This document shows, in pieces, positions 29,825-38,154 of a stretch of DNA of 64,000 nucleotides. The translations under genes and the position numbers were made by a program. Source of the DNA: Vicinamibacteria bacterium (GTDB taxonomy: Bacteria; Acidobacteriota; Vicinamibacteria; Vicinamibacterales; JAENWD01); contig CAVOPA010000018.1 of NCBI GenBank assembly GCA_963697705.1, positions 69,633 to 133,632 on the forward strand, given 5' to 3'. Every line of letters starts with the position of its first letter. The first letter of the stretch is position 1. Below the pieces are notes generated by a model. It was given only the letters and a program-made list of their open reading frames with translations, was not told the origin of the DNA and made no database searches.

Positions 29825-30778
29825 ATGCGAGTCATCGCAGGATATGCGCTGCTCGTGCTGGCGCTCGTGGGCGCCCCCGCACCGGCGACACCGGCATCCG
29901 CGCAACCCAGCACCATCACGTCCGCCGATATCCAGCGGCTGCAGGACTCGGTTTACGACCTCGATCGCGAGATCTCTCGTCTGCGCGGCACCGACCCGCA
30001 GCGGGTGACGGCGATGCAGACCGAGCTCGATGAACTGCGCGACGATGTCGTGTATCTGCGCGTCAAGCTGCGGCGCGAGCGAACGGTCCCGCAAAGCGAC
30101 TACACGGAGGTCCGCGACCGCCTGGACGATTTGCGAAACCGCGTGCGCGATACCGACGGCAACACGTCGGGGCAGACCACCGATGGGTCGCGGCGTCTTC
30201 CGTCGCCGGCCGGCACGACCAACGAGCCGCGATCATCGACCGGCGGCCGCGACGTCGAGCGCGGGCGGCGCACGAGTGGATCGTCCGTGATCCCGGTCGG
30301 CCAGGAGCTCGACGTCCGGCTGCAGGACACGCTCAACTCAGGAAAGAACCAGGTCGAGGATCGCTTTTCGGCCACGACCGTCGTCGATCTGGAGGTCGAC
30401 GGCCGCGTCGTCATACCGGCCGGCTCCGAGCTGCGCGGGGTGATCAGCTCGGTGAACCCGGCGACGCGGACTGATCGAAAGGGCAGCATGACGGTCAGCT
30501 TCGATCAGATCACGATCGACAACCGCACCTACCCGATCCGCGGCACCGTGACGCAGGCGCTGGAGAGCGAGGGCATACGCGGTGAAGCGGGGCGCATCGG
30601 CGCCGGGGCCGGCGTCGGCGCGATCATCGGCGGAATCCTGGGCGGGATGAAAGGGGCGCTCGCCGGCATCCTGATCGGCGGCGGCGGCGTCGTCGTGGCC
30701 ACGGAAGGCAAGGACGTGGAGTTGCCGGCGGGCACCATCCTCCGCGTCACGCTCGATTCGCCGCCGGACGTGAGGTAG
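29825..30778 (+). CDS. Secreted hypothetical protein: coiled-coil N-half, C-terminal glycine-zipper segment
   Basis: GGAGG 6 nt before ATG 29825. Signal peptide MRVIAGYALLVLALVGAPAPATPASA. ..GAGAGVGAIIGGILGGMKGALAGILIGGGG.. near the C-terminus. Confidence 0.7.
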   Translation: MRVIAGYALLVLALVGAPAPATPASAQPSTITSADIQRLQDSVYDLDREISRLRGTDPQRVTAMQTELDELRDDVVYLRVKLRRERTVPQSDYTEVRDRLDDLRNRVRDTDGNTSGQTTDGSRRLPSPAGTTNEPRSSTGGRDVERGRRTSGSSVIPVGQELDVRLQDTLNSGKNQVEDRFSATTVVDLEVDGRVVIPAGSELRGVISSVNPATRTDRKGSMTVSFDQITIDNRTYPIRGTVTQALESEGIRGEAGRIGAGAGVGAIIGGILGGMKGALAGILIGGGGVVVATEGKDVELPAGTILRVTLDSPPDVR

Positions 30779-30841
30779 GACGGGACGTCCTTCGGGCTGA
30801 GGAGTGGAGGCTCGAGCTTCGCGGCGCCTCGAGCCCCGCGC

Positions 30842-32398
30842 TCACCCCGCTGTTTCCTGCGCGACGCCCGCGTAGTGCTGCACGATCGCATCGACGAGCG
30901 CCGGGATGGTGTACTCGCCGGGCATGATCGTCGTCACGATTCCGAGCTGCGCGGCCGCCTCGGCGGTCACCGGGCCGATGCAGGCGACGGTGGTCTGCTG
31001 CAGGAGGTCGGCCGCCTGTTCCTCTCCGATGACGCGTCCGAACGTGCGGACGGCTGACGCGCTCGTGAAGGTGACAGTGTCGATGCCGCGATCGAGCAGG
31101 AGGCGGTACACGTCGGGCTCGCCTTCGCGCTCGGGTTCGGTCACGATCGTGCAGTACGCGGTCACGTCGCTGACCTCCGCCCCGGCGCCCCGCAGTTCCT
31201 GCGCAAACAGCTCCCGGCCCACGTCCGCACGCGGCACCAGCACCGCCGTTCCCTGCAGCGACCCGGACGCGGCCATGAGCGCCTGGACGACCGCCTCGGG
31301 ATGCGCGTCCGTGGGCGCGAGATCCGCTCGCAGGCGATACCGGCGGAGGCGCTCCTCCGTGGTCGCGCCGATTGCGCAGAGGCGCACGCTCTTCAGCGCT
31401 CGCGCGTCCCGGGTGCCGGCCGACAGCCGCGACATCAGGTGATCGACGGCGCTCGGGGTGCTGAACACGATCCACCCGAACGTGTCGATGCGCGCCAGCG
31501 CGTCGTCGAGCGGGCCGTAGTCGTCGGCGGGCGCGAAGCGAAGCATCGGTGCCTCGATCGCGTCGGCGCCGAGCGCCGCCAGCAGATCGATCAGTTCGAG
31601 CGCGTCTTCGCGCGGAGTCGTCACGAGGATCCGCCGGCCGAACAGCGGGCGGGCGTCGAACCATCGCAGGTGCTGGCGAAGAGCGGCGGCGCGGCCGACG
31701 ACGAGGATCGACGTCGCGGCCGGGGGCGAGGAGGCAACCTGTACGGCGACCTCCTCGAGCGTGCCTTCGATCGTGTGCTGGCTTGGCAGCGTCCCGTTGA
31801 AGATGACGGCCACGGGCTCGGACGGGGGGCGGCCATGCGAGAGGAGCGCGTTCAGGATCGCCGTGAGCTGGCGCGCGCCGGCGTAGCACACCACCGTGCC
31901 TTCGAGCTTCCCGAGGCTGCTCCAATCCACGTCTGGGGCGGTCTGGCGTTCGTCTTCGTGTCCGCGCACGAGGGTCAGCGTGTCACCGGCGCCCGGATAC
32001 GTCAGCGGGACGCCTGCGTAGCTCGGTACGCCCAGGGCGGCCGGGATTCCCGGAACGACCTCGAACGGCAGACCCTGTTCATGAAGGAACAGGGCCTCTT
32101 CACCGCCGCGATCGAACACGAAGGGGTCGCCCCATTTGAGTCGTGCGACCACGCGGCCCTCGCGCGCCTTCTCGGCGACCAGATAGCAGATCGCCTCCTG
32201 GTCCATCGCCTGCGGCGCCGCCCCGCCGACGTCGATCCGCTCGGCGTGCGCCGACGCATGCCGCAGCAGGCGCGGGGAGACGAGATGGTCGTAAAGCACC
32301 ACGTCGGCCGTTCGCAGGCACTGCAGCCCACGGACGGTGATCAGGCCGGGATCGCCCGGGCCGGCGCCGATGATGTAGACGAGCGGTCGGATGCGCAT
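30842..32398 (-). CDS. cobA/hemD: Fused uroporphyrinogen-III C-methyltransferase / uroporphyrinogen-III synthase
   Basis: VYIIGAGPGDPGLITVRG, VARLKWGDPFVF (SUMT); the C-terminal ~250 aa are HemD-like. ATG 32396-32398. Confidence 0.88.
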   Translation of the reverse strand: MRIRPLVYIIGAGPGDPGLITVRGLQCLRTADVVLYDHLVSPRLLRHASAHAERIDVGGAAPQAMDQEAICYLVAEKAREGRVVARLKWGDPFVFDRGGEEALFLHEQGLPFEVVPGIPAALGVPSYAGVPLTYPGAGDTLTLVRGHEDERQTAPDVDWSSLGKLEGTVVCYAGARQLTAILNALLSHGRPPSEPVAVIFNGTLPSQHTIEGTLEEVAVQVASSPPAATSILVVGRAAALRQHLRWFDARPLFGRRILVTTPREDALELIDLLAALGADAIEAPMLRFAPADDYGPLDDALARIDTFGWIVFSTPSAVDHLMSRLSAGTRDARALKSVRLCAIGATTEERLRRYRLRADLAPTDAHPEAVVQALMAASGSLQGTAVLVPRADVGRELFAQELRGAGAEVSDVTAYCTIVTEPEREGEPDVYRLLLDRGIDTVTFTSASAVRTFGRVIGEEQAADLLQQTTVACIGPVTAEAAAQLGIVTTIMPGEYTIPALVDAIVQHYAGVAQETAG

Positions 32399-32585
32399 AG
32401 AACACTCAGGGTGACGGGTGACGGCGAGCGATCGCGCGCGGGACGGGTCAAAGGCTGACCGGCGCCTCGCCTTTGTAGCCGACTGCGCACGGGCGAGCAA
32501 GCACAAAGACGCGCGAACGATCCGGCCGACGCGCTAACCTGCTGTTCGAGTCTCTGCGCAGACCGCCAGCAGGCGGTCGAGACAC

Positions 32586-32661
32586 GCCGTCTGGATGCGG
32601 AATGTCGGAACCGGATCGGAGGAATGCCGCCAAATCGGCATCCTTCATCCTTCCCAGGGTG
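32586..32661. repeat. Copy 3 (most divergent) of a ~90-nt conserved intergenic element
   Basis: Shares the blocks CTGGATGCnGAATGTCGG .. CCGCC .. CGnCATCCT .. CAGGGTG with 51152-51239 and 54513-54610, in the same orientation. Confidence 0.5.
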
Positions 32662-32677
32662 TCTACTTCGACACCCT
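32656..32677 (-). terminator. Hairpin overlapping the stop codon of the VWA gene (AGGGTGTC-n6-GACACCCT)
   Basis: Perfect 8-bp inverted repeat. No clear U-tract, so terminator function is uncertain. Confidence 0.35.
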
Positions 32678-33722
32678 AGGACGTCGGCGCGTAGTATCCC
32701 TGCTTGGCTCGTGCGGATGCATTCGGTGCGGTCACGCGGACGACGATGCGCCGCCAGGCGCCGTCGCGTTTGGGATTGCGCGACGTGTACCCGAGGGTGT
32801 ACTGACTGGACAGCTCGTCGGCAATCTGGCCATAGACGCTCGCCAGCTCCGAGATCTGCCGCGTGAAGAACACACGGCCGCCGGTCTGTTGCGTGAGCTG
32901 GCGCAGGACGAACTCCGCGTCGCTGAAGCCGCGGTTGCGCTCGTCGCGGGACCGCAGGCCAATCGCGTAGATCGCCGTCTCCGACCGCTTGGCGAGATCC
33001 AGCACCTCGTCGAAGCTGACCAGGCTCGACGTGTCTTCGCCGTCGGAGAGCACGACGATCGCCTGGCGCCGGATGTCTTCCGTGGCGCGGGCCTGCGTGC
33101 GCTTCAGCTCCTTCAGTGCGATGTAGATCGCGTTGTGCAGCGATGTGGAGCCTCCCGGGTTGGTGCGACGAATCGCGCCCTCGAGATCGGCGACACTGTT
33201 CGTGAAATTCTGAATTACCTGCACGCGGCTGTCGAAATCAATCACCTGCGCGAGATCCTGCGGGCGCAGGCGCTTGACGAATCCGATGGCGGCTTCCTGC
33301 GCTGTCTCCAGCTTGCTCTCCATGCTGGCGCTCGTATCGAGCAGGATCGACAGCGCGATGGGCAGGTTCGACCGGTTGAAGAACGTGACCTGCTGCTGCG
33401 CGCCGTCCTCGAACACCTGGAAATCACGCTGATCCAGTTCGGTGAGGTAGTGGCCTTGCGGGTCGGTGACGGTGATGTTCAGCGACACGAGCTCGACGCC
33501 CGCGCGGAAGGATGGTCGGGGAGGAGGCGGCTGCTGCGTCGCCCCTTCCTGCGGTGTCGCTGGTGTACTGGGGGCCGGCGCGGTCGGCGCTGGCGGACCC
33601 TGAGCGCCACTCGGCGGCGATTGCGGCTGCTGCCCACTGACGGCGACGGTGGCCGGCCACGCGAGCCACCCCGCCAGAAGCAGCACGCCAGGCCAGAAGA
33701 CGAAGCCGCGAGGCATCCTCAC
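32676..33722 (-). CDS. Secreted VWA-domain protein ('VWFA-related acidobacterial' type)
   Basis: Signal peptide and Pro/Gln-rich linker. FRAGVELVSLNITVTD..DFQVFEDG..LLDTSASM (MIDAS DxSxS), ..VVLSDGEDTSS. Confidence 0.85.
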   Translation of the reverse strand: MRMPRGFVFWPGVLLLAGWLAWPATVAVSGQQPQSPPSGAQGPPAPTAPAPSTPATPQEGATQQPPPPRPSFRAGVELVSLNITVTDPQGHYLTELDQRDFQVFEDGAQQQVTFFNRSNLPIALSILLDTSASMESKLETAQEAAIGFVKRLRPQDLAQVIDFDSRVQVIQNFTNSVADLEGAIRRTNPGGSTSLHNAIYIALKELKRTQARATEDIRRQAIVVLSDGEDTSSLVSFDEVLDLAKRSETAIYAIGLRSRDERNRGFSDAEFVLRQLTQQTGGRVFFTRQISELASVYGQIADELSSQYTLGYTSRNPKRDGAWRRIVVRVTAPNASARAKQGYYAPTS

Positions 33723-34618
33723 GCTCCCGCCGCCGCGGATTTCCGGACGGGCGCGGGCGTGCCGTGGACCGTCAATCCGGGTTGCTTCACGGTGACCTCT
33801 GTCTTCTCGGGCGGCACCAGCGACGCTGGACGCGCGTAGACGACGTGATACTGGTTCTCCAGGTCGGTCGCGACCTGATCGAGCTCGCCCTTCAGCCCCA
33901 TGCTCGAGAGCAGCTGCGAGTACCGGCCGCCGGAGATGCGCGGACCCTCGTCGAGCACGATGCCCCGGCTGCGCGCTTCGTCGGTCGTCAGGTCACCGCC
34001 TCCCGGCCGCGTCAGGACGAGCGCATTGAACGACGCGCCGCTCGCCTTGATGGACTCGAGCGCCCGCTGGTGGTTGGGCGTGCTGAAGTCGGTGCCCTCG
34101 GTCGTGATCACGAGCATGACGCGCCTCTCCGCATCGCGCTTCTGCAGGCCGCGCGAGGTGTCGTTGATGGCGTCCAGCAGCGTCGTGCCGCTGCCGGGCT
34201 GCGCGAAAATGCGGCCGACGCCCTTCACCGCCTGCGCCGGGTTGTTCGTGTAGTCGGACAGGATGGTGGGCCGGTCCGCCAGGCCGATGAGCGCCACGTG
34301 ATGGCCGCCCTTGGCCATCCGCTCGACGAACGGCTGGATGGCCGTCCGCAGGTCGGCAATCTGTGCGGTGACCGCCTGGCTGTTGTCGACGAGGACGGCC
34401 AGGTCGATTGGCTCGGTCGCGCGAGAGGCGCGAAGGACCTCGGCCGCCCGCCCATCCTCGCGCACGACGAACGCATCCGGACCAAGGCCCGGAACCGGAG
34501 CGCCAGCCGGGGTCAGCACACTGACGAACAACGATCGCTCCGTCGACTGGGCTGCCACCGGGCGGGTGCCGGCTGCCATCAGCGTGATGGCGACGAGCGC
34601 GGCGATTGCCAAACGCAT
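33719..34618 (-). CDS. Secreted VWA-domain protein, paralogue of the downstream gene
   Basis: Signal peptide MRLAIAALVAITLMAAGTRPVAAQ. LFVSVLT..DAFVVREDG..LVDNSQAV..ITTEGTDFS. 4-nt overlap with the next gene. Confidence 0.85.
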   Translation of the reverse strand: MRLAIAALVAITLMAAGTRPVAAQSTERSLFVSVLTPAGAPVPGLGPDAFVVREDGRAAEVLRASRATEPIDLAVLVDNSQAVTAQIADLRTAIQPFVERMAKGGHHVALIGLADRPTILSDYTNNPAQAVKGVGRIFAQPGSGTTLLDAINDTSRGLQKRDAERRVMLVITTEGTDFSTPNHQRALESIKASGASFNALVLTRPGGGDLTTDEARSRGIVLDEGPRISGGRYSQLLSSMGLKGELDQVATDLENQYHVVYARPASLVPPEKTEVTVKQPGLTVHGTPAPVRKSAAAGA

Positions 34619-34847
34619 GCGTACTCCACTGCCCGACGAGACCCGGCGCGCCGCCGGGTCGATTCACAAGGCTTCACTTGAGTATGGGCGTTGGCCGGAG
34701 GGCGGTCAAGCTCGATACGGCTGTGAAATCGTTGTGGTGACAGTACTTGCGGCGATGGCCGCCGCCGCCGTACCCTTCGCTCCTGCGGGTCCGGACGCGC
34801 GCGGCCATGCGGACGGTTTGACACGCGCCGGCAGGGGTGAGACAACG

Positions 34848-35114
34848 ATGCCGATGTCTTCTGCGATCCCGTCCACGTCGGAAGGGGGCAAAACCCCCCG
34901 CCGCTGGTTCCCCCTGGCTCTCGTTCTGCTCGTGATTCTCGTGGCGCTCGCGGCGTTCGTGCTGCGCCGGAGCACGGCGTCCGGCGCCAAACCCGAAGAT
35001 TGCGAGACCAAGCCGCCGCCCAATGAATTCGCCGTCGCGGCGTGTGACGACGGCTCGAAGCCTGCCGGTGAGAAGCCCGCCCACGACGCGCCGGCGACAC
35101 CGTCCAGGCCCTGA
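34848..35114 (+). CDS. Small hypothetical single-pass membrane protein upstream of the atp genes
   Basis: MPMSSAIPSTSEGGKTPRRWFPLALVLLVILVALAAFVL.. then a Pro/Ala-rich tail. Ends 2 nt before atpZ. Only the last 88 codons of track ORF 34311-35114 look coding. Confidence 0.45.
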   Translation: MPMSSAIPSTSEGGKTPRRWFPLALVLLVILVALAAFVLRRSTASGAKPEDCETKPPPNEFAVAACDDGSKPAGEKPAHDAPATPSRP

Positions 35115-35116
35115 GC

Positions 35117-35356
35117 ATGGCCGCCCCCAAGCTCGGACCGGAGAAGGGCCGCGCCCTGCGCAGCCTCGGCGCGCTCAGCGCCGTCGGACTCTCGTTTGTC
35201 GTCGCCGTGGTCATCGGCACGGCGCTCGGGTATGTCCTCGACCGCTGGCTGGGGACGTCGCCGTGGCTGTTTCTCCTGTGCTTCGTTCTCGGGCTCGCCG
35301 CCGGGATGCGGACCGTGTTCCGCACCGTGGACGCCGTGTCGCGGCAGGACGAGTGA
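35117..35356 (+). CDS. AtpZ/AtpI-family small membrane protein (putative F0F1-ATPase accessory subunit)
   Basis: 79 aa with two TM spans (LSAVGLSFVVAVVIGTALGYVLD.. / WLFLLCFVLGLAAGM). First gene of the atp F0 cluster. Confidence 0.75.
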   Translation: MAAPKLGPEKGRALRSLGALSAVGLSFVVAVVIGTALGYVLDRWLGTSPWLFLLCFVLGLAAGMRTVFRTVDAVSRQDE

Positions 35357-35357
35357 G

Positions 35358-35726
35358 GTGACCGAGCGTGACCCGTTCGTGCGCGGGCTCGAGCGGCACG
35401 CGATGCTGGCGTGCGGGTGCTGCGCCGTGGCGGCGCTGGCGCTCGGCGCCGCAGGGCCTCGAGCCGCGGTCGGAGTGCTCGGGGGTGGACTGCTGGCGGC
35501 GGTGAGCTACCGCGCGATTAAAGGGGCGGCGGACGCGGCGATGGACTCGCAGCGACGGCGGGGAGCGCTCGTGAAGTTTGTCACAAGGCATGCTATACTC
35601 GCCGTCGCCGCGTACGTTATGCTGGTGCGTTTGCGCCTGCACCCCATCGGTATCTTGGTGGGTGCATCCTCGCTGGTGCTGGCGGCCGCATTCGCCGCAG
35701 CCCGATTCTCCCGACGATCACCGTAG
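35358..35726 (+). CDS. atpI: ATP synthase protein I
   Basis: GTG 35358, 1 nt after the atpZ stop. 122 aa with hydrophobic helices (..HAILAVAAYVMLVRLRLHPIGILVGASSLVLAAAF..). Positioned before atpB. Confidence 0.7.
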   Translation: MTERDPFVRGLERHAMLACGCCAVAALALGAAGPRAAVGVLGGGLLAAVSYRAIKGAADAAMDSQRRRGALVKFVTRHAILAVAAYVMLVRLRLHPIGILVGASSLVLAAAFAAARFSRRSP

Positions 35727-35844
35727 GGACGCAGGCTCGCACGGTGGACTGCGGGCGGCGTGGCCGAGTCACCCGCGCGCATGCTGCGGACCGGGATCCG
35801 GCGGCGTTCCATTCCATCGTCTGATTGCTCGCGCGTTCGCCCGC

Positions 35845-36657
35845 ATGGAAAAGCTGCACCACGAGCTCTGGATCGTCCACGCGATCAACAGCATCTTCGG
35901 GCCGATGGCCGCCGCCATTCTCCGGGCGCTCGGCCGGGATGTGCCGGCGCACGGCAACGTCATCCCCGACTACCTCGCCATCATCATCTTCCTCACGCTC
36001 GTGCTGACGGCGTTCAGCCTGCTGGTGCGGTCCCGATTGAGCGTGGAGCAGCCCGGCAAGCTGCAGATTGTGCTCGAAGACGGTCTGACCGGTCTCTACG
36101 GCATGCTCGACGACATCGTCGGGCCGAAGGGACGCGGCTATCTGCCGCTGGTGGGCACGCTCGGCCTCTTCATCTGGGCGTGCAATCTGAGCGGGATGGT
36201 CCCTGGCCTGATGGCGCCGACGAGCAACTACAACGTCACCCTTGGCTGCGCCATCACGGTGTTCGTGTATTACCACTTCCAGGGCATCAAGGAGCAGGGG
36301 ATCGGGCCGTATCTGAAGCACTTTGCCGCGCCGCCCGGGGCGCCGGCGTGGATTGCGCCGATCATGCTGCCGATTGAGCTGATCAGTCACGTGTCTCGCG
36401 TGCTGTCGCTCTCGCTGCGGCTCTTCGGCAACATCTTCGGCGAGGAGCTGGTCATCCTGATCCTGGCCAGCATTGTCCCGTTCGTCGTGCCGCTGCCGAT
36501 GATGCTGCTCGGACTGCTGACCTCGACGCTGCAGGCCGCGATCTTCGTGATGCTGACGATGATCTATCTGGGCGGCGCGGTTCAGAGCGAAGGACACGGC
36601 GACGAGCACGACCACCAGCCGCACGGCGCCCACGTCGATCCCGCCGTGCAGCACTGA
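35845..36657 (+). CDS. atpB: F0F1 ATP synthase subunit a
   Basis: ..LSLSLRLFGNIFGEEL.. (essential Arg) and a polytopic profile. Unusual His/Asp-rich C-terminal tail SEGHGDEHDHQPHGAHVD. Confidence 0.92.
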   Translation: MEKLHHELWIVHAINSIFGPMAAAILRALGRDVPAHGNVIPDYLAIIIFLTLVLTAFSLLVRSRLSVEQPGKLQIVLEDGLTGLYGMLDDIVGPKGRGYLPLVGTLGLFIWACNLSGMVPGLMAPTSNYNVTLGCAITVFVYYHFQGIKEQGIGPYLKHFAAPPGAPAWIAPIMLPIELISHVSRVLSLSLRLFGNIFGEELVILILASIVPFVVPLPMMLLGLLTSTLQAAIFVMLTMIYLGGAVQSEGHGDEHDHQPHGAHVDPAVQH

Positions 36658-36757
36658 TAGGGACACTGCCGGATGTCGTCCGGCGGGGAAGCGGCCGGAT
36701 GGTCCCGCCGCTCTTATCTGACAGACCTGACGGTTCTTCTCTGAGGAGGCTTTCGTC

Positions 36758-37096
36758 GTGAGCACACGGTCAATTCTGACGGCAACTCTCGCTCTCGTGG
36801 CGCTCGGCGCGGTATCGCCGGTGCACGCCCAGGAAACGGCGGCTGCGGCCACCGCCAACGTGGCCCAGTGGTCGATCATCACCGCCGGCTTCGCGTTGGC
36901 GTTCGCGGCGGGCCTGGCAGCGCTCGCGCAGGGGCGCGCGGTGAGCGCGGCGGTCGAGTCGATCGCTCGCAATCCGAGCGCGGCCGGGGAAGTCCGCGGC
37001 AACCTGCTGCTCGGCCTCGTGCTCATCGAGTCGCTGGCCATCTACGTGCTGCTGATCTCCCTGATTCTTTTCTTCCTCAAGCCGTTCAGCGCGTAA
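36758..37096 (+). CDS. atpE: F0F1 ATP synthase subunit c with an N-terminal signal-peptide-like extension
   Basis: GAGGAGG before GTG 36758. The core ..ARNPSAAGEVRGNLLLGLVLIESLAIYVLLISLILFF carries the carboxylate Glu. About 35 extra N-terminal residues end in VHA-QE. Confidence 0.9.
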   Translation: MSTRSILTATLALVALGAVSPVHAQETAAAATANVAQWSIITAGFALAFAAGLAALAQGRAVSAAVESIARNPSAAGEVRGNLLLGLVLIESLAIYVLLISLILFFLKPFSA

Positions 37097-37124
37097 GGAC
37101 GGCCGCTCTGCGGCCCTCGAAATG

Positions 37125-37162
37125 ACCGGCAGCCGCCCCATCGGCGGCCGCCGGTCCTTTCG
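37125..37162 (+). terminator. Intrinsic terminator candidate after atpE
   Basis: ACCGGCaGCCGCC-ccatc-GGCGGCcGCCGGT followed by CCTTTCG. There is no atpF/H/A/G/D/C downstream. Confidence 0.5.
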
Positions 37163-38082
37163 TGCCCATGCGCTTCTCGTTCTCCCGCCTCGACGCGCTG
37201 CTGCTCGGCATGACTCTCATCTGGGGCAGCAACTTCAGCCTGATCAAGGCCGCGCTCCGCCAGATGCCGGAGCTCGGGTTCAACTCGCTGCGCATGGCGC
37301 TCGGCTCATTGCTGTTCGCGGCCATCATCCAGCAGCGCCATGGGATCCGCGCCGTCCTTCTGCGCCTGGATCGGCGTGACTGGATCGGTTTCGTCGCGCT
37401 CGGCGTGATCGGTCACTTCGTATACCAGCTGCTGTTCATGGCGGGGGTCGCCCGCACGTCGGTCGCTAACAGCTCTCTGGTGTTTGGCTGCACCCCGGTG
37501 ACCGTGGCGCTGCTCTCGTCCTCTCTGGGCCATGAGCGGATCACGCCGCTGCGCTGGGCAGGCGTAGCGCTGTCGCTGGCCGGAATCTATCTGGTCGTCG
37601 GACAGGCGAACCAGCGCGGCGCGTCTCTCGCGGGGGACCTGCTGATTCTCGGGGCGATGCTCTGCTGGGCCTTGTACACCGTGGGATCCCGATCGCTTCT
37701 GACCCGGTACTCGCCCCTGGTGGTCACCGGTCTGACGATGACGATCGGCAGCGTGCTGTACGCGCCGTTCGGCGTCCCGTCGTTGCTGCGCCTCAATTGG
37801 TCGTCCGTGAGCTGGTGGGCGTGGGGCCTGCTCGTCTACTCGGCGCTCTTTGCGCTCGTGGTCGCGTACCTGATCTGGTACACCGCCGTGCAGCAGGTTG
37901 GCAACAGCCGCACCTCGATCTACTCGAACGTGGTGCCGCTCGTCGCGATGGCGGTGGCTGCTCTGGCGCTCGGTGAACCGATCACGGCTCGGAAGATTGG
38001 CGGCGCCTTCGCCATCCTGTGCGGGGTCGCGCTGACCCGCCTCGACGTGCGCGGCACCGAAGCCACTCCGTCAGAAGCCTGA
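37162..38082 (+). CDS. DMT-superfamily (EamA-like) transporter
   Basis: 306 aa, about 10 TM, two EamA-like halves (..LIWGSNFSLIK.. / ..WALYTVGSR..). Confidence 0.88.
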   Translation: MPMRFSFSRLDALLLGMTLIWGSNFSLIKAALRQMPELGFNSLRMALGSLLFAAIIQQRHGIRAVLLRLDRRDWIGFVALGVIGHFVYQLLFMAGVARTSVANSSLVFGCTPVTVALLSSSLGHERITPLRWAGVALSLAGIYLVVGQANQRGASLAGDLLILGAMLCWALYTVGSRSLLTRYSPLVVTGLTMTIGSVLYAPFGVPSLLRLNWSSVSWWAWGLLVYSALFALVVAYLIWYTAVQQVGNSRTSIYSNVVPLVAMAVAALALGEPITARKIGGAFAILCGVALTRLDVRGTEATPSEA

Positions 38083-38154
38083 GGCCAGCTCGAATCCGGA
38101 ATCCGTCATTCGAATTCGACAGCGCGAGTCCGCATATCTTAGAGTGGACTCACC

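Noticed and set aside
32399-32675. Cobalamin riboswitch upstream of cobA/hemD
   Set aside because: I read the minus-strand leader and found no B12-box-like (..GCCACUG..) or GGUGNNAANNCC core elements. The conserved block here also occurs upstream of unrelated genes.
34311-34847. N-terminal 179 codons of track ORF 34311-35114
   Set aside because: This part is antisense to the VWA gene and its promoter region and is Arg/Ala-rich. Only the last 88 codons, from ATG 34848, have a TM helix and abut atpZ.
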